From: Bacillota bacterium
GTDB taxonomy: Bacteria > Bacillota > Ch66 > Ch109
Direction of reading: 5' to 3'
Length of the DNA: 64,000 nt
Assembly (NCBI GenBank): GCA_050952625.1
Contig: JBMNLH010000001.1
Span: forward strand, 896,001-960,000
Made by a program: the position numbers and the translations under genes. Each line of letters starts with the position of its first letter. The stretch's first letter is position 1. The notes below the pieces were generated by a model, which saw nothing but the letters and a program-made list of their open reading frames with translations, did no database searches and had not been told where the DNA came from. Below, one piece after another: positions 41,584 through 50,930 of the stretch.

Positions 41584-42231
41584 TTATTGAACGATTAGTT
41601 TTAACACAGCCTCCGTTTCAATTAAGTTTGGGACTACCAAATCAGCTTCTTTTAGTTGTTCCAGATTATTTCGGTGGGCTACTCCAATACACCGCATACC
41701 GGCAGCTTTAGCTGAACGAATTCCTGAGGGTGAGTCTTCTATAACAGTACAGTTTTGCGGTTCAATTCCCAAAAGTTTCGCAGCTTTTAGGTAGCCGTCC
41801 GGGGCCGGTTTGTGGATCGAGACGGTTTCTTTGCCAACCAAGATCGTAAACAAATGAATAATCCCGGCGGACCGCGTGACTGTTTCGATGTTTTCGATCC
41901 AGGCACTGGAGACAATGGCCAGTTTAAAATGAGGAGCTAGTTGCTGAACTAATTGAATAACCCCGGGATAAATCTTGATCTGACTTAATAAAGTGCGGAA
42001 AACAAACTGTTTTCGATAAACCCATTTCCGAGGATCTTCCTCACAGCCTAGACTTTTAAGAAGACCAGCGGCGAATACGTGGTCTTCAAGTTCGATGGCT
42101 GGGAGGCACTGTTCCCGAGAGACCGTAAGACCATGCTCCTGAAAGGTTTTTTCCCAAGCGTCAGCGTGAAACTGTTGAGTGTCAACAATCACTCCGTCAA
42201 AGTCAAAAATTACGGCTTTAGTTAATGGCAT
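41584..42231 (-). CDS. HAD-IA family phosphatase (beta-phosphoglucomutase-like)
   Basis: FDFDGVIVDT, KPAPD and IEDSPSG..AKAAGM motifs. Confidence 0.9.
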   Translation of the reverse strand: MPLTKAVIFDFDGVIVDTQQFHADAWEKTFQEHGLTVSREQCLPAIELEDHVFAAGLLKSLGCEEDPRKWVYRKQFVFRTLLSQIKIYPGVIQLVQQLAPHFKLAIVSSAWIENIETVTRSAGIIHLFTILVGKETVSIHKPAPDGYLKAAKLLGIEPQNCTVIEDSPSGIRSAKAAGMRCIGVAHRNNLEQLKEADLVVPNLIETEAVLKLIVQ

Positions 42232-42250
42232 CTAAATGTCCGTCCTTTTA

Positions 42251-43663
42251 TCAAGTTTCATAGTTGGGGTCGTTTTTCATTTCTTCCGGTGGCTGACCGT
42301 TTTCTAAGACCTTTACCATCGCTTCTAAACTGGAGTTGGCTAGAGCCCTTAACAGTGGTTGTTGGGTAGGCTGTCTTCCATTTTGTAGTTCTAAGGCAGC
42401 GGCTAAGGCCAGCCGGGCATTGCTTAATTGTTCGGTGGATAAGAAGATCATTGCCATGTGCTCGAGGCGTCGTTGGTAACTGAGCCTCAGTTCTTCTCCA
42501 AAGAGGTTCTCAATAATCCCCTGGACCAGTTTGGCTTGGAATTCTTGTAAAAAGGTTCCGGCAACCACAATTCGGCTTCGACGACGTTCTAATAGTTTTT
42601 GAGCGTAGTCACTTACTATAGATGGCTCAAGAAGCCAGTTCCTCATTTCCGGGGTTTGGACCAAATTCTCAGATAGAGGAAGTAAATAAGAGCGAGAGTC
42701 CTTTATTTCATCCAGGGATATGATTTCATAAACTGGGTGTTGAAGTCGAGCTTGCTCCGCGTCAGATACCTTAAAATAACGTCGCCAGGCGACAAAATCA
42801 AGCGGCAGAGGACTATTGCTCGCTTTATTTTTTTGTTCGTGAACCATTATTAGATAATTAAGGTATTCACGTTTAGTCGGAACCACCCGGATTCCGGTTG
42901 TCTTCAGATCCCATTCCGCTAGAAAACCAGATAGCTCCCGCTGGTTAAAGCTATAGATCCGGCAATCTTTTAGGCCAATCAAGTCATTCATCAGGATTAC
43001 CGCAGTTTCGAGTTTGCCTCCGGGAGAACGCATCACCAGAATACCCATAATATTACCGCTACCATCCAGGCTGGAAACATAGCTTTGCTGGTATTGCCGC
43101 TCAGCAGAAATGTTGAAGGCGGGCTTGGCTGGAGCCGAGTGCTCGATATTTGATTCGTTACTCTTTGCTACGGGAGCTACGGGAGTAATTCCAGCACTTT
43201 TCAGGTGGTGCAGAGAGCGGTTTAGTTCTTTTTTCAGCTCTTTCGTTATCGATGATTTTTCTAGATCCCATTGATTCTGCTCCACCATGCGGGTCAGGAT
43301 GAGGACCGCCTCTGGACACCGGATCAGACCGAGTGCTTGCACAGCAGCGATTACCACCTGCGGGTTAGGATGATGGACCGCTTTTTCCAGTAGTGGGAGT
43401 GATTTTTCCCCCTTTTCCCGGGCTAGAGCGAGCAATACTCGAGCAATGGTTTGATCGGGAAAACCCGACATCATTTGGAAGATCTGCTCGCTGTTGACTT
43501 GGTCTTTAACCATTTCCGCGTGCGTAGCTTCCAGCAGTCTTTGAGTTAAAACTGGGAATTCGTCTTTTGAGGTTGGACTAGATATCGCTCTATGGTTACT
43601 ACTAAAGCTGTCTTTTTGCTGTTTGCTATCTTTGCGGTAATTCTTTTTCAGTCTTTTAGACAT
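42251..43663 (-). CDS. HEAT-repeat-containing hypothetical protein
   Basis: RBS AGGAGG; PBS-lyase-like HEAT repeat (LPLLEKAVHHPNPQVVIAAVQALGLI); remainder unrecognised. Confidence 0.8.
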   Translation of the reverse strand: MSKRLKKNYRKDSKQQKDSFSSNHRAISSPTSKDEFPVLTQRLLEATHAEMVKDQVNSEQIFQMMSGFPDQTIARVLLALAREKGEKSLPLLEKAVHHPNPQVVIAAVQALGLIRCPEAVLILTRMVEQNQWDLEKSSITKELKKELNRSLHHLKSAGITPVAPVAKSNESNIEHSAPAKPAFNISAERQYQQSYVSSLDGSGNIMGILVMRSPGGKLETAVILMNDLIGLKDCRIYSFNQRELSGFLAEWDLKTTGIRVVPTKREYLNYLIMVHEQKNKASNSPLPLDFVAWRRYFKVSDAEQARLQHPVYEIISLDEIKDSRSYLLPLSENLVQTPEMRNWLLEPSIVSDYAQKLLERRRSRIVVAGTFLQEFQAKLVQGIIENLFGEELRLSYQRRLEHMAMIFLSTEQLSNARLALAAALELQNGRQPTQQPLLRALANSSLEAMVKVLENGQPPEEMKNDPNYET

Positions 43664-43849
43664 TATTAAATCCTCCTGGACTCGTGGTATTATGTAAGTT
43701 TTTTAGATTGAGATAATGTAATTATAGTCGTTTGTTTTCCAGTAGTGCAAGCAGCCGACAAACTATAGTCTTCAGAATTTGAAGAGAACTTGTCAAGTAT
43801 CCTGGTTATCGATAAAATGGGGGTATCTTTAGATGGAGGAGAAAGCTTA

Positions 43850-44374
43850 ATGACAAATCACAATTTAAACAATCTGCTGACAGAGTTGAATGATCAAGAA
43901 TATGCTCAGCTATTAACGGCAGCGTCCAGATTTCTACAAGATTTAGATCATCGTTCCTTTGATGAGGCCATATCGAATACGGACACAGTCTCCGATGCGG
44001 TCTTAGCCATGGCAGTGCATTATTTCGTCAAAGAAATGGTACCTATTCCCGTTGAGGATATCGGGATGGCTAAGATTGAAAGAGCAGCCGCCGGTTCGGC
44101 TGAAAAACGCAAAGAATTGCTTACTTTGTATCTAGGCACCAGTTTGCTTGGTTATCAAAATACCGGCCAGTTTGCTGGTCTCTCTTTTGGGGCAACTGAG
44201 AAAGAGCTTTTCGCTACTTATGCAATTATTAAGGCTTTTTATGACTTAGACAATCCGCATCGTCCCAGTGCCGAGGCTGGTCGGGTATTCTTTTGGCCAA
44301 AACGGAGCTTAGAAGAGAAGCTTAAAGCCATTGTGATTAAACGTGGTTTGAATCAGCCTAGCCGATGGAGTTAG
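43850..44374 (+). CDS. Hypothetical protein
   Basis: TTGTCA-N17-TAAAAT promoter at 43790-43818 and RBS GGAGG before ATG 43850. Confidence 0.7.
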   Translation: MTNHNLNNLLTELNDQEYAQLLTAASRFLQDLDHRSFDEAISNTDTVSDAVLAMAVHYFVKEMVPIPVEDIGMAKIERAAAGSAEKRKELLTLYLGTSLLGYQNTGQFAGLSFGATEKELFATYAIIKAFYDLDNPHRPSAEAGRVFFWPKRSLEEKLKAIVIKRGLNQPSRWS

Positions 44375-44469
44375 GATATTTCAGTTAGCAAAACCCGATT
44401 TTGGTGCTGACCGGCAGGAATAACAGAATAACTGGCGAATAACTGGACAGTGAATTCTCTTAATGAAGG

Positions 44470-45279
44470 ATGGTCAACTCCATCGTGTCTATTCGTTTTA
44501 TTTCGCTTTCTTCCAGCAGCCGATACGGGAATGCTTACCTCTTTGAAGGTCCTCAGGGAACCAGGATCCTAATTGATTGTGGAGTTAAGCTGCGTCGGAT
44601 GGAAAAAATTTTGGATGAATTAAGAGTAGATCCCCTATCCATTCAGGGTATATTTTTGACCCACGAACATTATGACCATATCGCTGCCTTGAAGTTACGG
44701 ATTCCCTTACCCCAAAGATATGGAATTCCGGTCTATGCTACCTCCCACTTGTGGTCAGTTATCAAGAAAACAATAGGGCCTCTCGACAGTTGCCTGGTTC
44801 GTCGGGTACCCCGAAATGCAACCTTAAGAGTAGGTGAGTTATCGATAACTAGCTTTGGCAAGCCACATGATGCAGTAGACCCGGTTAGCTTTTTGATTCG
44901 CACCAATAATGTTAAAGCGGCGGTGGTAACCGACTTAGGATGGGTTCCAGATTCTTTGATCGAACTTTTAAGGGGAACCGAATACTTGGTTTTCGAAAGC
45001 AACCATGACCAGGAGATGGAATTGAATTCTGGTCGTGATGATCGATTGGTGCAACGCGTATTAGGCAGTAACGGGCATCTTTCCAATCATCAAGCCGCTA
45101 GAGCCCTCTCTAAAATTATTAATCAGGATACTCGAGGGATAATGCTGGCTCATCTCAGCCTTGATTGCAACCAGCCTGACCTGGCCCAAAGAATAGTCGG
45201 TAAGGAACTGCGGGTAGTAAATTATCAAGGATTTTTGACCGTAGCCCCCGGGGATGGTCCTAGTAAGTGGTTTCCCTGA
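44470..45279 (+). CDS. MBL-fold metallohydrolase (YycJ/WalJ-like)
   Basis: SSS.GN, IDCG, THEHYDH, HDA, TDLG, ESNHD, GHLSN and AHLS motifs. Confidence 0.9.
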   Translation: MVNSIVSIRFISLSSSSRYGNAYLFEGPQGTRILIDCGVKLRRMEKILDELRVDPLSIQGIFLTHEHYDHIAALKLRIPLPQRYGIPVYATSHLWSVIKKTIGPLDSCLVRRVPRNATLRVGELSITSFGKPHDAVDPVSFLIRTNNVKAAVVTDLGWVPDSLIELLRGTEYLVFESNHDQEMELNSGRDDRLVQRVLGSNGHLSNHQAARALSKIINQDTRGIMLAHLSLDCNQPDLAQRIVGKELRVVNYQGFLTVAPGDGPSKWFP

Positions 45280-45321
45280 TCGCAACAGACATGGAATATC
45301 TCTGGGAAGAGGTGAGACTGG

Positions 45322-45945
45322 ATGGCCAACGTTTCAGGTTCTGCTATGGCAGCAGCAGCAGAAGTGTATCTTCGGGACGAGTTGAAGACTGGCACGTTAA
45401 GACACCAGTTATTTCCCATGTTAACCGGGTTCGGCATCCGGGACTATGCGGATACCGTACGAACTCTAGGGTTAAACTACGTAACTGAGATTGGCCGCCG
45501 GGTGCTGGGGATGACAGCGGTCTCTGAGTACCCAGTTTTTCCGCAAGGAAAGTACAATGCGCGGGATTATCGAGAGGTTAAACTGGGCTCGGTCTGGTTT
45601 GAAAAGTTAACCAATCAGCCTTTTTTGGTTGGTGAGTTTGAACGGTATGAAGAGGCGGTTGGCCAAACAAGCCGGTTGCGAGTCAGGGTGGAGGACCTGT
45701 TGCTGGGTTATCACCAGTTGGGTGCCCAACCCCAAATAGTCCTCCTGGTTTACTGGACCCTTAGCAAGACTAATCCTCCACGGGCCGATAAATTCATAAA
45801 ACTGTTGGAACAGGGGTTTTCTTTGCCTAATACGAGTTTGGTACCTGGGGTGATCGCAAGTAACACCAAGATTCTGGTCTATTATTGCTTAGCCTCAGGT
45901 ACCCGGGACAACCTGATACTCAACCAATGGATTGAGATAAAATAG
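45322..45945 (+). CDS. Hypothetical protein, possibly a degenerate PD-(D/E)XK fold
   Basis: RBS GAGGTG; pattern EYPV...KLGSVWF...GEFER. Confidence 0.65.
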   Translation: MANVSGSAMAAAAEVYLRDELKTGTLRHQLFPMLTGFGIRDYADTVRTLGLNYVTEIGRRVLGMTAVSEYPVFPQGKYNARDYREVKLGSVWFEKLTNQPFLVGEFERYEEAVGQTSRLRVRVEDLLLGYHQLGAQPQIVLLVYWTLSKTNPPRADKFIKLLEQGFSLPNTSLVPGVIASNTKILVYYCLASGTRDNLILNQWIEIK

Positions 45946-45953
45946 TGTTTAAA

Positions 45954-46808
45954 TTATATTAAATGTAGAATCCGGGCAGCATTTTGACCCAGAATTTTTT
46001 CCTTACTGGCTTCGGATATAGGTAATTCACGGATTTGCTGAATATTATTCTTAAGATCCGGGACGCCCGGCCAATCAGAAGCATAGATAATTTTATTAGC
46101 ATTACGTTCGAACTCGGGGAAGTAAGAAAGCAGCCGCTGGGGTGGCAAGCCGGCTATTTCCATATAGAGGTTTGGATGCAGTCGAGCCAAAAAGAAGGCT
46201 TGGTCATACCAAAATCCCCGTCCGCTGTGAACCATCAGCATATTTAGGTCTGGAAAATCTACCGCTAGATCGTCAAAGAATACCGGTTCGCCGTATTTGA
46301 GCCGCGCCCCTTTAAACACAGAGGATCCAGTATGAAACATGATCGGGATGCCTAGTTCCTGGGCTATTGAGTATAGGGGATAAAGCTTGTGATCATTAGG
46401 ATAGAAGTATTGGTAAGTAGGGTATAGTTTTAATCCCTTAAAACCTCGTTTAACCACTAACTCTTCAAGCAAACGAGCTGGACTAGTTTCCAAATAGGGA
46501 TTAATACAAGCAAAAGGGATCAGAGAGTCGTGTCCCTGACAAAATTCTTCGACTTGCTCATTAGTCGCTATTCCAGTCGTAATCGGCGATATCTCTGCCA
46601 AAATAACAGCGTAATCTACCCCGGATTCTTTTAGGAATTTAATAAATGTGTCCGGCTTTTTATATGTTTCGCGGTATTCGTCAAAAGATACCGGGTTCAT
46701 TCTCTTCATCCATGCCAGAGTGGAGGGGCTAAACCATTCGTAGTCTACCAGATGGACGTGGAAATCGATAACCAGGGATCGGTTAATTGATTGCTTTACA
46801 GGCTCCAT
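45954..46808 (-). CDS. Amidohydrolase_2 family protein
   Basis: IDFHVH, GLKLYP, FHTG, HSG and ASDWP motifs. Confidence 0.9.
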   Translation of the reverse strand: MEPVKQSINRSLVIDFHVHLVDYEWFSPSTLAWMKRMNPVSFDEYRETYKKPDTFIKFLKESGVDYAVILAEISPITTGIATNEQVEEFCQGHDSLIPFACINPYLETSPARLLEELVVKRGFKGLKLYPTYQYFYPNDHKLYPLYSIAQELGIPIMFHTGSSVFKGARLKYGEPVFFDDLAVDFPDLNMLMVHSGRGFWYDQAFFLARLHPNLYMEIAGLPPQRLLSYFPEFERNANKIIYASDWPGVPDLKNNIQQIRELPISEASKEKILGQNAARILHLI

Positions 46809-46900
46809 ACAGAAAAACCTCCTTGACTTCCAGAGAAAACGTCAGACCGCCGGGAACCAGCGGTCACAACCTATTAGTATTATAATTTGTTAAACCAGAC

Positions 46901-47689
46901 CTACCATTCCCGGCTACTACCGCCACCCCCACCAGAACCGCCGCCGCCAGAGAAACCACCGCCGCCTCCCCAGCCGCCGCCACCACCGCGGAATAACATG
47001 GATAAAATCAGTCCAAAGATAAAGCCGTCAAAAAACTGACGATCCAGGAAATAAAGGAGTACTAACCCTAGCACAATGAGTATTATTTGCCAGGTAGAAA
47101 GACTATTGCCGGTTGGTTGAGAGTTTAGCCTTTCTGGTTGCTGATTACTCATATTAAGGGTCACCTGATACTCGTTGGCGGTTTCCTGGGCTAAAGCAAG
47201 AAAACCGTTTAGGATTCCCTGATTGTAATCGTTCTGTTTGAAATAGGGGATCATGTAATCATCTTGAATCCGGCCGGTCTTGCCGTCTGGTAGGGCACCT
47301 TCCAGACCATAGCCCACTTCAATACGTGATTTTCGTTCTTCGGGAATCACCAGCATTACCAAACCGTTATTCAATTCCCGATCACCGACTCCCCAATCAC
47401 GTAAAATTCCCAAACCTAATTCTTCAAGCGGCCTATCCTCAGAACTCCTTAGGGTAACCACCACAATCTGAGCCTTGGTTTTTGCGGCCAGGTCCTGGTT
47501 TACACTGATTATCAGATCTTCAACCTGGGAACTAATAACCTGGGCCTCATCTAGGACATAAAAAGTAGCCGGGGGGCTTGGGATAGGGGAAGCAGCATTT
47601 AAGCCATTACTAATTGTCCCCAGGCAGAAGGTAATTAAACCAAGCATTAAGATAAGAACCAGGGACAGGCGTTTAAATCTGGTTTGCAT
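46901..47689 (-). CDS. TPM-domain protein (YgcG-like)
   Basis: QIVVVT, WGVG..NNG, RIEVGYGLEGALPD and Gly-rich tail GGGGSGGGGSSREW. Confidence 0.92.
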   Translation of the reverse strand: MQTRFKRLSLVLILMLGLITFCLGTISNGLNAASPIPSPPATFYVLDEAQVISSQVEDLIISVNQDLAAKTKAQIVVVTLRSSEDRPLEELGLGILRDWGVGDRELNNGLVMLVIPEERKSRIEVGYGLEGALPDGKTGRIQDDYMIPYFKQNDYNQGILNGFLALAQETANEYQVTLNMSNQQPERLNSQPTGNSLSTWQIILIVLGLVLLYFLDRQFFDGFIFGLILSMLFRGGGGGWGGGGGFSGGGGSGGGGGSSREW

Positions 47690-47729
47690 ATTATCCTCCA
47701 GACTAACCTATTAACAATACACTGTAGAT

Positions 47730-48290
47730 TTACTTCGAAAAATCTACATTAGGGACTGTCTTGGCTTCTTCCTCAGCTCTAAAATATTCTCGGTCATCGA
47801 AGCCGAAGATACCTGCATAAACGTTAGTCGGGAATCGTTTGATTGTGGCATTATAGCTCTGTACTGCATCATTGTAATCTTTACGAGCTGTGGCTAAACG
47901 ATTCTCTGTTCCGGCCAGTTCATCTTGTAATTGTCGAAAGTTGGCATCAGCCTTCAGGGTCGGATAGTTCTCCACTACAGCCAATAATCGAGAGAGAGCT
48001 GAATTCATTGCCTGATCAGCTTCAAACGCTTCGGCGACTGATGCTGCTCCAGCCATTTTAGTTCGGGCATCAGCCAGTTGTGTGAAAATCTCCTGTTCAT
48101 GAGCGGCGTAGCCTTTAACTGTGTTGACCAGATTAGGAATAAGATCAGCTCTGCGTTGCAATTGGTTTTCTACCTGGCTCCATTTCCCATCAACGTTTTC
48201 GTTTAGGCCAACTAAGCTGTTATAACCGGAAATAAGTACCAAAGCTAGAACAACTACAACCCCTATGGTAATCCATACACCTTTTGACAC
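47730..48290 (-). CDS. lemA: LemA family protein
   Basis: QRRADLIPNLVNTVKGYA, ENYPTLKA and TENRL..AR..YN motifs. Confidence 0.95.
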   Translation of the reverse strand: MSKGVWITIGVVVVLALVLISGYNSLVGLNENVDGKWSQVENQLQRRADLIPNLVNTVKGYAAHEQEIFTQLADARTKMAGAASVAEAFEADQAMNSALSRLLAVVENYPTLKADANFRQLQDELAGTENRLATARKDYNDAVQSYNATIKRFPTNVYAGIFGFDDREYFRAEEEAKTVPNVDFSK

Positions 48291-48477
48291 ATTTCCACCC
48301 TCCTATGATTTATTTATAATTAGTCTACGAGAATTAGCAACAATTGTCCACCCTTATTCCTAGTTTTACTACTTAAACTGTGAGCTGTCATTCCGTAGTC
48401 ATAATAGTATTGTAACACTTACAACGAAGGCAGCGTAAAATAGGTACACCAGGAATATATGAATGGGTGGTGAAAGT

Positions 48478-49560
48478 ATGGAAATTCGATATCGCTATAC
48501 GAAAGGTTCAGAACTAAACCATCATTATTTCGTCAATCAACGCGAACTTCCTCCAGTCGGAGCGGTTCATCTTCTTCAACCTTGGGATAAGCTGGTTGGT
48601 CCAAACAGACAATTCAATAATGGTCATCAGATTAATCCTACTGGAGGAATCCAAAACAGTATTGAGTCAATTGGAGGACACACCCTCCAATCAGGGGAAT
48701 GGGGAGGATATCAAAAATACAATGAGGTTGAGCGTGCCCGTCGAATTGCCGAGATTAACCGGGAATTAAATTCCCTAATTGGTCTGGATAAGGTCAAGAA
48801 ACTAGTAAGGGAGCTTCAGGCCTTTGTAGAAATACAACATAAAAGAGCCAGAGAACAACTGGCCACGGATCCTTTAGTATTGCATACTATTTTTAAGGGC
48901 AACCCTGGGTCAGGAAAAACCACGGTCGCTCGTCTGATCGGCCGGCTGTTTAAAGAGATGGGGGTCCTGCAAAAGGGGCACCTAGTCGAAGTGGAAAGAG
49001 CGGATCTGGTGGGAGAATATATTGGCCACACGGCCCAAAAAACCCGCGATCAGGTAAAAAGGGCCCTGGGAGGAATCTTGTTTATTGATGAAGCTTACTC
49101 ATTGGCCCGAGGGGGTGATAGGGACTTTGGTAAAGAAAGTATAGATGCACTGGTCAAGGCAATGGAGGATCACAAGGAAAATCTAATTCTCATTTTGGCT
49201 GGTTATCGGGAAGAAATGGATCGGTTTATCCGAGCCAATCCGGGAGTACGATCACGTTTCCCAATTCAAATCGACTTTCCCGATTATACGGTTGAGGAGT
49301 TAATGCAGATAGCCAATCTAATGTTGAGTCAACGTCAATACTGCCTATCTGTCGAAGCCCGGGCAGAATTAGAAAGAATCTTGGAGCATCATGTAAGGGT
49401 GGGGATGGGACACAACGGTAATGCCCGCTTGGTCCGCAACTTAATCGAACGGAGTATTCGTCGTCAGGCTGTGAGGTTGGTGCACCAAAAAGAAATAACC
49501 AGAGAGGATTTGGTTTTAATACGTCGTCAGGATATTGAGGTCAGAAATGGTGACGTGTAA
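48478..49560 (+). CDS. spoVK: Stage V sporulation protein K (CbbX-like AAA ATPase)
   Basis: LIGLDKVK, GNPGSGKTTVAR, LFIDEAYSL, DFGKE and GNARLVRN motifs; upstream of hflX. Confidence 0.9.
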   Translation: MEIRYRYTKGSELNHHYFVNQRELPPVGAVHLLQPWDKLVGPNRQFNNGHQINPTGGIQNSIESIGGHTLQSGEWGGYQKYNEVERARRIAEINRELNSLIGLDKVKKLVRELQAFVEIQHKRAREQLATDPLVLHTIFKGNPGSGKTTVARLIGRLFKEMGVLQKGHLVEVERADLVGEYIGHTAQKTRDQVKRALGGILFIDEAYSLARGGDRDFGKESIDALVKAMEDHKENLILILAGYREEMDRFIRANPGVRSRFPIQIDFPDYTVEELMQIANLMLSQRQYCLSVEARAELERILEHHVRVGMGHNGNARLVRNLIERSIRRQAVRLVHQKEITREDLVLIRRQDIEVRNGDV

Positions 49561-49599
49561 ACCCATGCCGGGTATGGTATAATCTGCTCAATTAATGAA

Positions 49600-50889
49600 A
49601 TGGGGGAGAGCCTTACGCAACAGATAAACCAGGCATTGACGGAAAAAGTTATTCTGGTAGGTCTGGAAACACCTAACGATCCGGATGGTCTTGTTTTACT
49701 GAAGGAATTGGGTAGGCTGGCGGATACAGCCGGTGCCCAGGTAGTTGATCAAATATTACAAAAACGTTTACAGCCCGATTCTAGCTTTTTTATAGGTCGA
49801 GGCAAGGCCGAAGAGTTACGGGAGCGATGTGCTGTTTTCGAAGCTGACTTGGTCATCTTTAATGATGAGTTAACCCCAGTTCAAGTGAGAAACCTGGAAC
49901 AAATTCTAAACTGCCGAGTTTTAGATCGGACTAATCTTATCTTAGATATCTTTGCCCAGCGGGCGCAGACCAACGAAGGGAAGCTTCAAGTTGAACTGGC
50001 GCAACTCCGTTATCTTTTACCTCGTTTAATAGGTCAAGGGATGAAGCTTTCTCGATTGGGTGCCGGCCTTGGCACCCGCGGACCTGGAGAAACCAAGCTA
50101 GAAACAGATAGACGTCATATACGCCGACGAATTCGGGTTTTGGAGCAGGAACTGGATAAAATTAGACAACGTCGTAAACTTCAACGTGAGCGACGAGAAC
50201 GTCTCGGATTACCAGTTATCGCCTTGGTGGGTTACACAAATGCGGGAAAAAGTACGCTGCTTAATCGACTGTCAAAAACAGAAACCTTGGCAGAAGACCG
50301 ATTGTTTTCCACTCTAGATACACTAAGTCGATTGGTGAAACTACCCGATGGTCGTTTGGTGCTGGTCAGTGATACAGTTGGTTTTGTTCGTAAACTACCG
50401 CATCACTTAGTTGCTGCCTTTCGGGCTACCCTGGAGGAAGTACGAGAGGCCGATTTAATCCTACATGTGATTGATCTTAGCAGTCCAGAAATGGAGATTG
50501 AAAAAAAGGCCGTTGAACAAGTTTTGCGAGAAATTGAAGCCGATAATAAGGCAACCCTTTTGGTTTACAATAAACTTGATTTATTGCCCGAGGATGGTGG
50601 AGATTGGATTGGTCTAGGCGAATCTGCCGCGGTGTTAATTTCAGCCCAAAAAGACCAAGGGATCCCAGAATTGCTTCAGCAAATAGCCCAAAATCTTCCG
50701 CGTCCTGGGGCTAAGGTGGCTTTGGAATTACCGCTGGCAGAAATTAGGTTTCTATCTTTGATTCATTCGCAGGGAAAAGTGTTTAGTCAGGAATATCAAG
50801 GTGATCGAATCCTGATAACCGCTTGGTTAGAGCCTCGGTTATTAACCCAGCTAAAGTCGTTTATCGTGAAAGAATATAGTGATAGATAA
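49600..50889 (+). CDS. hflX: GTPase HflX
   Basis: GTRGPGETKLETDRR, GYTNAGKS, DTVGF and NKLD motifs. Confidence 0.96.
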   Translation: MGESLTQQINQALTEKVILVGLETPNDPDGLVLLKELGRLADTAGAQVVDQILQKRLQPDSSFFIGRGKAEELRERCAVFEADLVIFNDELTPVQVRNLEQILNCRVLDRTNLILDIFAQRAQTNEGKLQVELAQLRYLLPRLIGQGMKLSRLGAGLGTRGPGETKLETDRRHIRRRIRVLEQELDKIRQRRKLQRERRERLGLPVIALVGYTNAGKSTLLNRLSKTETLAEDRLFSTLDTLSRLVKLPDGRLVLVSDTVGFVRKLPHHLVAAFRATLEEVREADLILHVIDLSSPEMEIEKKAVEQVLREIEADNKATLLVYNKLDLLPEDGGDWIGLGESAAVLISAQKDQGIPELLQQIAQNLPRPGAKVALELPLAEIRFLSLIHSQGKVFSQEYQGDRILITAWLEPRLLTQLKSFIVKEYSDR

Positions 50890-50930
50890 AAAAGACTTAG
50901 GTTTTGGCCTAATTAGTCTGGAGGAAGAAA

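Noticed and set aside
43680-43702. dif site (ATTATGTAAGT resembles the XerD arm)
   Set aside because: The XerC arm does not match the Firmicute dif consensus.
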